Shown here one piece after another: positions 1 through 10,500 of a stretch of 64,000 bases of DNA (its first letter is position 1; every line of letters starts with the position of its first letter). The stretch is taken from NCBI GenBank assembly GCA_010093745.1, contig MU005993.1:1-64000 (forward strand), given 5' to 3'. Below the pieces are notes generated by a model, which was given only the letters and a program-made list of their open reading frames with translations, was not told where the DNA came from and made no database searches. Origin of the DNA: Piedraia hortae CBS 480.64 (lineage: Eukaryota). Position numbers and translations under genes: made by a program.

Positions 1-358
1 CGGAAAACTAGTTGACGCGTGAAGTCGAGAGCCGAGCGACGGTTACTAATAATGCGCGTAATATACCGCATATTCACAACAGGAATTCTGCGGAGACATT
101 CTGCCTTGCCTTCCCCCAGTCTGTGCTCGGTCCACACGATTGTCTTACCCAAGCATGGAGTCGTTCTTTTTTTTTTTCGCGTGCCTGCGTTTGGCTTCTC
201 AGTCTACTCTTTTTTGAGCAGCCGCCTCCTTCCTTCGTTGTCCCAATCCCACCCTACCACCTTCTCAGTTGCGCCTCCTGCCATGTAACTCGCGTTAAGT
301 ACCTATTGTCTTCCCTAGGTTTCCTTAATCTTCAAGAATATCATTACCAACCTACAAC

Positions 359-1504
359 ATGAAACCTACGGTCTATTTCCTATGTTCACTCTTGTCCTTG
401 GTTACAAGTCTACCTGCGAAGCCGTCGACATATGCACCCCTACCAGTTCCTGCATATGCGGACAAGTCCAGCATCATTACCGTTCCTCAAGACCCGCCTG
501 CTTTGCCTACGTCCGTGAAGGGATATGGTTCGTCTCCGACAACTGAATCTTCAACATCGGTTGCATCCACTTCATCCGAACCATGGACATACACTTCATC
601 CATTACCGAGACATCCACTTCAACCAGCACCGTCCACCGATCAACTTCAATAAGCCACCCAGCAGCTCCATCAACGAACCCATCAAACTCAACCACCCAT
701 CCCTTCACGATAAGGCACCTCTCCACAAAGAAACCAATCGGCAATCCGGATGGCCAAACGAACTTCTGGGTAATCCAGTTTACGCTCAACCAGGGTTCGC
801 AATCAAGTTACTGCTGGGCAAGCTGGAGTGCAAACCCATTATGCAGCGGCAGGTCCAGCTGCGCAGCATATTCCACAGAAGCCCCAACGGACTGGATCCA
901 ATGTGCACATAACAGCAGCATGCTGAACGACCACAGCGCAGCGTTTTGGTTCAAACTCGCGTCGGGATTCGATGTATCAGAGTTCGGCATAACGGTCCGC
1001 AGCGAACAGTCTTCGATGCTCTTCACCTCAGCCGAGATGATGGTCTCAAATACCACAATGTCCTGCGACCCCAACCAAGGGTACTGTACACAGTCGACAC
1101 CCGTCGACGTCAAGGTTTTGACGGCTCTGCCTGCTCCCGCTCCCTCCGGTGGGTATGGGTGTAGGGATTCTTCCCTTAGGGATGTGCAGTTTGAGGTCAA
1201 CGCGGACACGCTTCCAGGGGAGGAGGTTTGGGTTACGGGAAATTCGACCGAACTGGGTCGTTGGAATGTTGAGCATGCTATCGAATTAAATTCGACTTCG
1301 ACGGAGGAGGACGGGGTGTGGAAGGGTGCTGGGTTGGAATTGCAGCCTCGTACGGCCTTTGAGTACAAGTTTTTGAGGATTAGTGCCGATGAATCGGTGC
1401 TCTGGGAATGTGGCGAGAACAGGTTGTTTGTGGTAGGGGAGGAGTGCGAACAGATTGTTGGGAACGCGCCTAATTTGTTCAGGTGTGGACAACGGTTCTC
1501 TTAA
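359..1504 (+). CDS. Secreted Ser/Thr-rich protein with a Cys-rich central domain and C-terminal CBM20 starch-binding domain
   Basis: Signal-peptide-like N-terminus (MKPTVYFLCSLLSLVTS) and S/T linker. C-terminus matches CBM20 (VQFEVNADTLPGEEVWVTGNSTELGRW...FEYKFLR...WECGENR). Confidence 0.8.
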   Translation: MKPTVYFLCSLLSLVTSLPAKPSTYAPLPVPAYADKSSIITVPQDPPALPTSVKGYGSSPTTESSTSVASTSSEPWTYTSSITETSTSTSTVHRSTSISHPAAPSTNPSNSTTHPFTIRHLSTKKPIGNPDGQTNFWVIQFTLNQGSQSSYCWASWSANPLCSGRSSCAAYSTEAPTDWIQCAHNSSMLNDHSAAFWFKLASGFDVSEFGITVRSEQSSMLFTSAEMMVSNTTMSCDPNQGYCTQSTPVDVKVLTALPAPAPSGGYGCRDSSLRDVQFEVNADTLPGEEVWVTGNSTELGRWNVEHAIELNSTSTEEDGVWKGAGLELQPRTAFEYKFLRISADESVLWECGENRLFVVGEECEQIVGNAPNLFRCGQRFS

Positions 1505-1533
1505 TTGCGTTCTCTTACGATTGTTATGGACTA

Positions 1534-2415
1534 CTATGCCTTACTGTCTCGTGTGATGAGTTCCAGTCGTCGTGGTCCTTCTTTGTGGAACTCTACTAGA
1601 ATCGAGATGTCTTCGACTCCCGACATGCCGAGGTCGAGGGCTTCAACCTCTGGACCTGGACGGTCTAGAGCTAACTCGACCCGTCCGTCAGGGTGCTTCC
1701 TCTTGGCCAATGGGGATATGCACTTCTCTCCCCATGGAGGGGAGCCTGAACGGATGAATTCCATCAACTCTTCACGACTTGGGTGCTGGGCAAGACAGTG
1801 CAGAAGCAGGAACTGAGGCGGGAAGAGAATGATTTCGCCCAACCGGGCCATGTTCAGCCACGTTTTGGCGGGCAAGAACCGCGCGGTGACGTGCTCCAAG
1901 CCTCCATCCGTCGTGGGAACAGGTATGACCTCTTTCTTATCAGACACGTTGGACTGCAAAAAGTAGAGGTACATTTGGGTGGAGAAGCGCTTGGGCATGT
2001 TCTTGGGGGTTAGCCAACGGGTGAAGGGGATCAGACCCTCGATATCAGGACGTGCATCGAGCTTATCGAGCCAAGTCGAGAAGGCGATGCGGTCAGAGTG
2101 GATTTCCTTCCTTGCAGAGTCCCGCTCCACTTCAGACAACTGCAGCAGCGATCCTCGTTTACGATCACGTGCCAACAGGATACCAGACTCTTCGAACGTT
2201 TCGCGGATGGCCGCCCGACGGAAGCTCTCGCCGTCCCGATATGCCCCGGCGGTACCCGGCTTTGGGGATGGACCCTCGTGGAAGGCTGAGAGGTTTCCGC
2301 CGGGAAAGACGTGGGCTGAGGGGAAGGATGACGACTGCTGGACCCGCTGCAGCAGCAGGACATGGTTTCCCGGTGCCACGAGCAGGACGCTGGCACTGGG
2401 TCGCGGGATGGCCAT
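1534..2415 (-). CDS. Nudix hydrolase (NUDT19-like)
   Basis: Motifs HVFPGG, AAIRETFEESGILL, and PFTRWLTPKNMPKRFSTQMY. Confidence 0.9.
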   Translation of the reverse strand: MAIPRPSASVLLVAPGNHVLLLQRVQQSSSFPSAHVFPGGNLSAFHEGPSPKPGTAGAYRDGESFRRAAIRETFEESGILLARDRKRGSLLQLSEVERDSARKEIHSDRIAFSTWLDKLDARPDIEGLIPFTRWLTPKNMPKRFSTQMYLYFLQSNVSDKKEVIPVPTTDGGLEHVTARFLPAKTWLNMARLGEIILFPPQFLLLHCLAQHPSREELMEFIRSGSPPWGEKCISPLAKRKHPDGRVELALDRPGPEVEALDLGMSGVEDISILVEFHKEGPRRLELITRDSKA

Positions 2416-2607
2416 GATGAGGTTGGACAGGGCCGCAGAAGGGTTAGGTCAAAGGGAACAAGGTTAGGGCGAGGCTGCAGATCACGGATCGGCCCGGACT
2501 GTCAATCCATGCGTTTGCCCAAGATGGCGGGCAAACTTAGATTCGACGACCACGAGTCACGTGTGGCGTTCTCATTTCTTTCCTCGCCATGGAATGAAGA
2601 GGGCGCA

Positions 2608-5352
2608 ATGGTCCATTTACGCCTACTGACGCTCGTTTTGCCCTGTGCCGCCGTTTTCATCCCGTTTGAAAACTGCCTGCCGTCGTCCATCATCATCTCG
2701 AACCCGAAACGGCTGCAATTCACGCCGCTGTTCGTCGACGCAAGTCTATCGCGCGAATCAAAGCACCATGTACTGACGGCGACGGTATACGGCAACGTCT
2801 CAGGCCAGCAATTCGACTTACCGTACCCGCCGCCCGACAGCCCGCAATGGAAGGACCCGAAGGAGACCCTGGGCAAGATCGTCGACGTTGGCACCGCAAA
2901 CAAGTACAGCACCATTTTGTCGAGCTTCTCGGTGCTGAGCTACGGCGTGGCCAAGACGCAGAGCGGCCAGTTCTGCCGCAACCTGACCCAGGGCCACTGT
3001 CCACTGGCCCCGTCCTTTGACGCCAATGCGAGCGAGCCTACGCAGCTGCCGGCCTTCCGCGTCGTGCACGATTTCAACTCGTCGTCCTTTGCATTTGGTT
3101 CGATTCGTGGCAGCTTCCGCATCGTCAGCGGGGACGAAGACGACGCGGCGCTAGGCTGTGTGCGCGCAAACGCCACTCCCGACCTGGGCCCGACTTTGCG
3201 CCGGTTGCTGTGGGTGTTTCCGGCGCTGATCCTGGCCCTCAAGGGCGTCGCAACGCTTGCCGCGGCCATTTGGTCGCCATGGGGCAGCTCGGACATATTC
3301 CGCTGGAGCTCCAATTACGGCCGCGATGAGGACCAGCTGCGGCTCGTCACTCCCGGCTTCGGCGACTGCCTGCAGTATATCCAGTTTGTGGCGCTGACGG
3401 GCGCATTGTCTCTGCAATATCCCGGGTTCTATCGACCGATTGTGAGCCACGGCAGCTGGAGCGTGCTGCTGTTCAATCAGAGCCTCGTCAGCGGCGGCAA
3501 CGGGTCCCGCAGCCTCGTCGACGGCCTCTACGCCTACAACGGCTCGACCGGCATGGCACAGTTCAGCCAGTTGGTCGGCATGTCTTCGATTGTCGACGTG
3601 TGGGCCTGCATGGCCGTTTGGCTGCTTGTCATCGCCGGCAGCGTCTTCGTGGCCTGCCAGCTGTTTTTCGGCCTTCGCCATGCGTATCGCTCGCTGGCCC
3701 GGGCAGACGGCGACCGGCGGAACCTGAACTTGCCGTTTACCGGCGGCTGCATGGTCCGGCTGCTGTCCAATTTCTTCATCCTGCCCATCGTTGCTCTCAG
3801 CCTATACCAGCTTGTTGTGGCAGCCAAGTCGCCCATCAGCGTCGTCGTCTGTGCCGTTGTGTTGCTGGTGCTCATGTTCCTCGCCGCAGCGTGGATCTTG
3901 CGAGTCATCTTCACCACGAAGCCCCGAGACTATCTGTTCGACGACATGCCGACCGTTCTTCTGTACGGGCCCCTGTACAACACGTACAGCGATTCTGCCG
4001 CACCCTTTGCCCTCGTCCCCGTGTTCATCACCTTTGTGCGCGGCGTTGGGTTTGGGGCCTTGCAGCCGTCTGGCATCGCACAGATCATTTTCCTCGCCAT
4101 CTGCGAGGTCATTCTGGTGCTGACATTGAACGGATTCCGTCCGTTTCAGGGACAAACAAGCATGAACGCCTATCACACGGCCTTTGCCGTCACTCGTTTG
4201 GTGACCGTCTTGCTTTCGGCGGCCTTTGTGCCCTCGCTTGGCGTAGGCTACGGTGCAAAGGGCTGGATCGCTTACATCATCCTGCTATGCCACGCCTCTG
4301 TTCTGTTGTTTGGCTTCTTCCTGAACGCCCTGCAGACGCTGCTGGAGGTTGTCGCCCGTAGCTGCGGTTTTGCTGGAGATCCACAGACTGGCGCCATTCG
4401 TGGAAGCATTTTGAACATGCGCATGCTGAAGAACCGACAGGATAGGCGGCTGGGGACGGGAGACCGCGGCAGCCTGACGAGCAACACGGCCATATTGCAG
4501 GACGTCGACGCCCGTAGCGGCTATGGTGGCTCTCGCAGTCGTAGCATTTCTGCCAGCAGCCAACTCCTGCTACGGCCTACTCCAACCAACCGCATCAGCT
4601 CCCACGATGTGCTCTACGACCCCACTCTGGAAAGCAACAAGTCCGAGCCCGATGTGCACACTTTCTACAGGCCACCGCGGGCTAGGACCGACGACATGCC
4701 CGGCGCCATGACGCGCAACGCAGAACTCGCGGAATTACCGGTGCCTGATGAGCGACGGACGACAAGCGGCACCGCGTCACCTGCACCGCCAGCCTTCATT
4801 CGCGATTCGGACTCGCCACGGCCCGACTACGCGGTGCGTGAGGTGGATCAATACTACGGCACCAGTCCCATGGAACGAGGCCCGGCTTTGAGCAGCCAGC
4901 CGACGAGAAAGCTCAAAACAGGACCCGTAGACCCGGAAGGTGCGGCGGCAAACGCTCAAAGCTGGTTCCGCCGGTTCTTGGTGGGCAGCGGGGGCAACAA
5001 GAAGAAGGCGAAGGAACCCAGCAAAGGGTTTGAGGTGATCCGGTCGTCACGAGCGCCTCTTCAACAGGGAGACGTGGAAATGCAAAGCCGGCCGCGGTAT
5101 GACGAGGGTGTAGACTCCCCCACGGAGGCTGGGGCTGAACGCAAAGCCAACCTCGACGTCAAGGAGCGGGATTTGGCACAGCCAACGTCGACACAAGCGT
5201 CTCCTCAGCCTGGCAATCTCGACGGGGCGGGCCACCAGGACAACTTGGACTGGTTCCGGGTGGACGACAGACCAGAGTCGCCTCCGCTACCAAGACGAAG
5301 CTCACGAAGGCGGGAATCACGGGACATTGGGAATGTTTTTGAAGGATTCTGA
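2608..5352 (+). CDS. FLC/TRP-like membrane protein (ML-like N-domain plus multi-TM TRP-like domain)
   Basis: Signal peptide from ATG 2608, Cys-containing lumenal domain, GDCLQYIQF and LSLQYPGFY motifs, many TM segments, disordered C-tail. Confidence 0.85.
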   Translation: MVHLRLLTLVLPCAAVFIPFENCLPSSIIISNPKRLQFTPLFVDASLSRESKHHVLTATVYGNVSGQQFDLPYPPPDSPQWKDPKETLGKIVDVGTANKYSTILSSFSVLSYGVAKTQSGQFCRNLTQGHCPLAPSFDANASEPTQLPAFRVVHDFNSSSFAFGSIRGSFRIVSGDEDDAALGCVRANATPDLGPTLRRLLWVFPALILALKGVATLAAAIWSPWGSSDIFRWSSNYGRDEDQLRLVTPGFGDCLQYIQFVALTGALSLQYPGFYRPIVSHGSWSVLLFNQSLVSGGNGSRSLVDGLYAYNGSTGMAQFSQLVGMSSIVDVWACMAVWLLVIAGSVFVACQLFFGLRHAYRSLARADGDRRNLNLPFTGGCMVRLLSNFFILPIVALSLYQLVVAAKSPISVVVCAVVLLVLMFLAAAWILRVIFTTKPRDYLFDDMPTVLLYGPLYNTYSDSAAPFALVPVFITFVRGVGFGALQPSGIAQIIFLAICEVILVLTLNGFRPFQGQTSMNAYHTAFAVTRLVTVLLSAAFVPSLGVGYGAKGWIAYIILLCHASVLLFGFFLNALQTLLEVVARSCGFAGDPQTGAIRGSILNMRMLKNRQDRRLGTGDRGSLTSNTAILQDVDARSGYGGSRSRSISASSQLLLRPTPTNRISSHDVLYDPTLESNKSEPDVHTFYRPPRARTDDMPGAMTRNAELAELPVPDERRTTSGTASPAPPAFIRDSDSPRPDYAVREVDQYYGTSPMERGPALSSQPTRKLKTGPVDPEGAAANAQSWFRRFLVGSGGNKKKAKEPSKGFEVIRSSRAPLQQGDVEMQSRPRYDEGVDSPTEAGAERKANLDVKERDLAQPTSTQASPQPGNLDGAGHQDNLDWFRVDDRPESPPLPRRSSRRRESRDIGNVFEGF

Positions 5353-5407
5353 TTGCTTTGGTTTCAATAAGCGGGTGTTTGGAAATTGTTTATATGTACA
5401 TGACCAG

Positions 5408-5482
5408 TTATCAGATGGACATCTAATCAGATGTTCCTTATCAAATGAAAAATATGTAATCAATCAGATCAGATAATCAGAT
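5408..5482. promoter_or_regulatory. Cluster of ATCWGAT(AA) GATA-type motifs upstream of the DUF2231 gene
   Basis: TTATCAGAT at 5408 (reverse complement ATCTGATAA), ATCAGATAA at 5468, ATCAGAT at 5426/5463/5476, TTATCAAAT at 5438. Matches the SreA consensus ATCWGATAA. Confidence 0.55.
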
Positions 5483-5662
5483 GTCCAAACGTCGGCCCCT
5501 CACCCGGGCGGTGGTTGGGATTTTTAGAGCTTCCCCTTTGCAGTTTTTTTGGGAGCAATGTCCACGGAACAGCGCCCCCGTTCGCGATCTCTACTGACCG
5601 ACGAGCTCAAGGCTTCGCTTCGCCCTTGTCCACCACCACCACAACCACCACCCGCATCTACC

Positions 5663-6239
5663 ATGACGTGTGTCACACCTCTCTCTTCCTTTGAAAAGCA
5701 TCCCTACTTACAATCGTAGTTCGAAAGGAGCAGCATCCAAACCTCTCCATCCGGCGACGGTGCACTTTCCCATCGCCTTCATCTTCCTCGCCGTCCTGCT
5801 AGACGTCTTCTCGGCGGTTCCTCTGCCCAAGGCACTGGAAACTTGTCTCCCATCACCGCACGACTCACCGCAGGCGACCTACTTTCTGCTCTCTCTGGGC
5901 CTCTTGACCAGCATCCCCGCCGTCCTCAGCGGTGTGGCGCAGGCCAAAAAGACCATTGCAAAGCAGGGTCTCCACGAGGTCGACGGCACGACCATAAAGC
6001 TCAAGTTCAAGGCCCTCATCGGCCACGCGCTAATCAACGATGTCGTCATCCTCGGATTAACTTTTGTGTGGTGGAAGCGGAGATCGCTGCCTGCCGGCGT
6101 GCTGGAGCTGTGGATGCTCGTTACAGAGGTGGTTTTGGCTGCAATGCAGTTGTTCGCTGCAGGAATCGGAGGAAAGCTCGTCTATCAATTTGGTTTTGGC
6201 CTTGCAATGGGCGGCCAGAAGAGCGTCAAGAGCGTGTAG
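5663..6239 (+). CDS. DUF2231-like membrane protein (intron 5668-5719)
   Basis: PLHPATVHFPIA and HALIND motifs, four TM segments, GGKLVYQFG. A GT..AG intron gives an in-frame start MTSKGAA. Confidence 0.8.
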
Positions 6240-6347
6240 ATGTGACATTTACGTGGGGGTGATGTCATTGAGATGAGAATGTAGATATGTCATGCAAACT
6301 GCGCCACTTTTCAATCTGAATTTGAATCTGCACATGGTGGATTTTTA

Positions 6348-6410
6348 GCTGTCCCTTCTCTTCGGTAAGGGTTCATGAACATGGCTCTCTTGCTGAAGAG
6401 AAGGGACAGT
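6348..6410 (+). repeat. Long inverted repeat / hairpin
   Basis: CTGTCCCTTCTCTTC pairs perfectly with GAAGAGAAGGGACAG and is extended by G-U pairs. Confidence 0.8.
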
Positions 6411-6909
6411 AAACTCGGGAGTGAACAATTAACATTCCCCTACGCATGAGAAGACCCCACTGGGTCATACATACCGTTTGAACGCACAACCACAGCTTTT
6501 TACGAGATTGAATACCTACAGGCATGGGCCTCCCCATTTAAACGCCATCGCAATACACAACCGTCGGTAACGGCAATCATGACCATCACACAACCACATA
6601 GATGCCTTTCCCTCCACGACCAAAAACCGAACCTCCAAACCAAGACGTTTCAGCTTCGAGATTCGAAGCAAAGACATGAGAATGTCCACAATCAACTGTG
6701 TTCAACTATTCACAATCCTACAACACAAAACTAATGCCTACTTGGTTGCCAACCCAGTCATTGTTTTTTTTTTTTTTTGGGTTTCTCTTTTCTCCTCTGC
6801 GTTCTGTGGAGAAAAACACTTTTGAAAAGAAAGAGATATGATCTGCGAAACTGCCTCTTATCCTAACGAAATGGAGAAGGAAGCTTTTCGGGCCAGGGGG
6901 AAGGGGGTT

Positions 6910-7186
6910 TGGTAATGGCTTTGAATCGTGTTCCTTTTCCGGGAAGGATGGGGCATGATTATTGGGGTTTATCGAAGCTCAACAGCGACTGTTCTCGGCT
7001 GGATTGGTAATGGCTTTGACGGGTTGTCTTTTGATCTTTGAATTTTGGTGGGAAGTTTTCGAGATAGGTTTGGCTGGGAGGGGAATTGGTAATGGCTTTT
7101 GAGGAGTAGGGTATCAATTGATTGGCCGTGGATGATGAATCAATACCAAGGATGCCCACCCGAACAAAAACTGGTAATGGCTTTGA
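6910..7186. repeat. Four copies of TGGTAATGGCTTT(T)GA with unrelated spacers
   Basis: Copies start at 6910, 7005, 7087 and 7172 (period 82-95 nt). Confidence 0.85.
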
Positions 7187-7232
7187 GGAGGGTCAAGTCT
7201 ATATCCAATGAAATTATATTTGTACAAGTTCT

Positions 7233-8372
7233 CTACTCCTTCTTGGCCTTCGGCCTCAACGTCTTCTTCGCTCCAAATCCGATGCAAATGCCCAGTGTGA
7301 GCAAATCAAGCACATGCACCGCCCACCAAATGTGCTGCACGCCTAACTGACAAGCCGAGTATTCAAACACCCACCTCCCATCCTCTATTCCCGCAGAGAG
7401 AAAGCCGGCGTTTCCCCCAAACTCACCCATCATGCTCCTCACCGTAACCTCCCTGATGCCTCCCTCTGGTATCGTTCCATTGAACCTCTCCGCCACCCCG
7501 TTGGGTAGATGCAGAGTATCACAGCCTCTATGATCATGTCCATTCACCACAAAAGCACTTTCAAACGCCGCCAACTTGTCCAGAATCGCGCGTGATGTCT
7601 CCTTCGAAAGATGATTCTGTTCTCTAACACCGCCCTTGTAACTCGCGAAGCGACCCTCCTCGTCTCCAAAGTATTCAAAGAACGGTGCATCGGGACAAAC
7701 CCCGTCTTCCTTGTGCAGCGGAATATGCGTCAACAGCAGGATGCTCTCCTGCTCTTTCGGAGCTAGGGCATCGTTGAGAAAATCCCAAGTCTGCTGCTGT
7801 AGATCCAAGTTCAGGGCAGGCGAGTCGAGGTTCATCGAGTTGAGCAGCACGACCCGCAGCGTCTCGTTCCACGTCTCCATGGCATTGACGGGGCCAAAGG
7901 CAGCCTCGAACCGGGCTATGCGTGCAGGGGAGATGTCCCCCGCATAGCCTATATCGTGGTTTCCCGGGAGGGTGAGGACGTTGGAGAATCCGTCAAAGAC
8001 GACGTTCCAGAACCGGTCGCTGCGTCTGCTGAACTCGGTGTCGTCGATCCATTGCGATCCGAGCAGATCGCCGAGGACGACGGTGAGGGTTGGGCTGGTG
8101 AACCGTTTGAGGGTGCGGTAAATGTGAGCGAGGTAGAGATCGTTGCCCCATAGGTCGACTTGTTTCCGCAGACGGGACACGGCGTCGCGCTGCGCTGATA
8201 TCGCGCTGTTGCCTTCGATCTGTGGGTCTGCGAGCGCCAGAAGTCGCACAACACCCGCCTTTGGGAATGCGCATTTTGCGTTGAAGACGGGGTAGGCGTA
8301 CAGGTACACGGACGATATCACACATAGGGGAATGAGGATGGATATAGCCAAGTTCATTGTATTTAGCATCAT
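7233..8372 (-). CDS. Ted1/Cdc1-like calcineurin-type metallophosphoesterase
   Basis: ADPQIEG, WGNDLYL, GDLLGSQW, GNHDIGY, THIPLH and NGHDH motifs; N- and C-terminal TM segments. Start is 8372 or 8357. Confidence 0.85.
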   Translation of the reverse strand: MMLNTMNLAISILIPLCVISSVYLYAYPVFNAKCAFPKAGVVRLLALADPQIEGNSAISAQRDAVSRLRKQVDLWGNDLYLAHIYRTLKRFTSPTLTVVLGDLLGSQWIDDTEFSRRSDRFWNVVFDGFSNVLTLPGNHDIGYAGDISPARIARFEAAFGPVNAMETWNETLRVVLLNSMNLDSPALNLDLQQQTWDFLNDALAPKEQESILLLTHIPLHKEDGVCPDAPFFEYFGDEEGRFASYKGGVREQNHLSKETSRAILDKLAAFESAFVVNGHDHRGCDTLHLPNGVAERFNGTIPEGGIREVTVRSMMGEFGGNAGFLSAGIEDGRWVFEYSACQLGVQHIWWAVHVLDLLTLGICIGFGAKKTLRPKAKKE

Positions 8373-8412
8373 CAACCGTGATCCCTTTTTTCTATCATTA
8401 GAACCGAATTCA

Positions 8413-8925
8413 TCACTCGTCATACGCCGGTGGAGGCGTTTTCCTCCGCGTTGCCATTTCATACGACGGGGGCGCGTCCTCATACTGCCGCGCCCACAGG
8501 CTCACCGCCGGCGTTCTCTGCTGATCATGTAGTCGCTCGTTACCGCCCCAATTGCCGCTCCCGTTCCCGTTCCCGTTCCCGCTCCTGCTCCCGCTCCCGT
8601 CACCCTCTGCACTGCCCCCGCTGTCACCGCTCCCGCTGCTGTTGTTGCTCCCGCTGGAGCTCGTGCTCTCCCTCCTTCGACGCCGAAACTCGTTGATCCA
8701 CCTGTCGCGCTCTGCTTCGGTCATGGCTAGGAATCGCACCCATTCGCCCGAGCTCAGTTCGTGCGGCTCGATCTCTGCCATGCGCAGCTGGCTTGCCGCC
8801 AAATGTCGCCGTGAAATCGACAGCGGCCGGTTCGTCAGCGCCTCCAGCTGCAGCGCCCCGAAGCCCATGCTCAAAATGCTTGGCGTCCCATACAGCCCGC
8901 TCAGTCTTGTGCGTCTCTTGGCCAT
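8413..8925 (-). CDS. Small low-complexity protein with two C-terminal PY motifs
   Basis: Open frame from ATG 8925 with a G/S/N-rich tract, ending in APPSYE and PPPAYDE. Confidence 0.55.
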   Translation of the reverse strand: MAKRRTRLSGLYGTPSILSMGFGALQLEALTNRPLSISRRHLAASQLRMAEIEPHELSSGEWVRFLAMTEAERDRWINEFRRRRRESTSSSGSNNSSGSGDSGGSAEGDGSGSRSGNGNGNGSGNWGGNERLHDQQRTPAVSLWARQYEDAPPSYEMATRRKTPPPAYDE

Positions 8926-9612
8926 TTTCGCCTTTGATTCTGGCGGTTTGCTACGACAAGGTGGGGTGGTCGTGTCCAGGGATCCCCGCCAACATATGAT
9001 GTCATCTCTTATATATAACATCAACGTTGCGTGAGGCTGTGCAGAAACGCCATGCTGTGGCTGCTTAGCAGCCACTGGTGGACTACATCGACTGTGGCAA
9101 TTCATAGGTATGACAGATATAACAGCACAACGCAAATAGCAGGGCCAGTGCGAGTCTTTTACCTATGAAGAAAGCTGTCCAGAAGGTACATTTTCGGTTT
9201 TCTCAGAGACTTTGCTATCTGTTGCTGTACTCTAATTCACTTTGAAAACGTGCCGTCGCTACCCGAACGTCGCTGGCAGGTGAGGCGGTGCAAGATCCAG
9301 GTGGAGTGGCGATGCTCGACATGGTTCCTCACAACAGTTGAGGGACAGATGGATTTCTCAATGAATTGCCACCCCACCATCTTCGCACGATTCTTTGCAG
9401 CAAGATCCGGATATTTCAGAGAAGGGCATGGCTCTATACGTAGAAGCTGATGCAAGAGGCCGCCAACTTTCCGACGCATTGACTCCCGCGAAAATATGTC
9501 AAATGAGAAACATCCATCTAGTATTGCGAAATCCGGCCCAGCGCGAATCGAGCCCGTCTTTGTATGCTGTGTTGCAGGACGCATGCCAATGTCTTGACTA
9601 AAACATTACAGC

Positions 9613-10500
9613 ATGGGCCAGACGGACATCCACAATGAATTGAAAAGTACCCTCGAATCCATTGCCGCGATTAGCCCTGATGCGGTTCATGCGCTGACCT
9701 GGGCACAAAGAGTGACCAGCCCGGCCAATCCCACCCAGATGGCCCCGAAAGCGCCGATCAAGAGCCACACTATCACAGTCAAGATAACCGAGCCCAGCGA
9801 AAAAGAACAGCTTATGAGCCTCCCATATGTTCGCATAGTGGAGAAGCTCGGGGAGCCAGACGTTTTAGCCATGAAAAGAATGGAAAGCCGAGATGTGAAA
9901 CTCTTCTTAGCGGGAGGACATGAGAAGGTCCATATGGAACGGAATAAGGAACGGACGAAAAGGCTACGTGCTTTTGGAAGTGTCGCCGTCAAACACCACC
10001 AGGCGTTGGTGCATGGCGTGCTCATGCCACAAGGAGATGTCAACAATGAAGAGGACATTAAGGGAATGGAGGAAGTAATCGTCGCCAGGCTCCACCCGGG
10101 CATCAAGATTGTCAAAGTTGGCTGGTTGAAGGGCGCCAAGGCAAGAGAAGGTAAGAAAGCGTCTACTCTTATAGTCAGTATACCCAAGGAACACCTGGCA
10201 AAGGAGATTGTAGCAAAAGGATCTCTTTATCAATATGCTCTCCTCACCGCAGGAATTCCTCCCCCTCCCACAGAGCCACGTAATACCTCGACTGTGCCCA
10301 GTTCGGTAACATCGCAGCCCATTGTAGAGTTATGTCTAACTGCAATACCTGTGCGGCAGTGATGCTACCCGCGAATGGAAAGGATCAGTAAGAAAGTGCG
10401 CAAATTGTGGGGGTCACCACCCGGCATGGCCGAGTGCGTGCAAGACCAGGTTGGTGGCGAAAGCAAAGGCAACAGAGCACAGGGCATGGTATACTCGAAA
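9613..10500 (+). mobile_element. Degenerate non-LTR (Tad1/CgT-like LINE) ORF1/gag relic
   Basis: Gag-like LVHGV...LHPGIKIVKVGWL...STLIV, followed by frameshifted zinc knuckles (DCAQFGNIAAHC; KCANCGGHHPAWPSAC near 10395). Confidence 0.75.

Noticed and set aside
2362..2607. N-terminal extension of the 996-aa ORF
   Set aside because: It overlaps the divergent Nudix gene. ATG 2608 gives a signal peptide and is the more plausible start.
6910..7186. CRISPR array
   Set aside because: Eukaryotic context, repeat only ~15 nt, spacers ~67-80 nt, and no cas genes. Kept only as a motif array.
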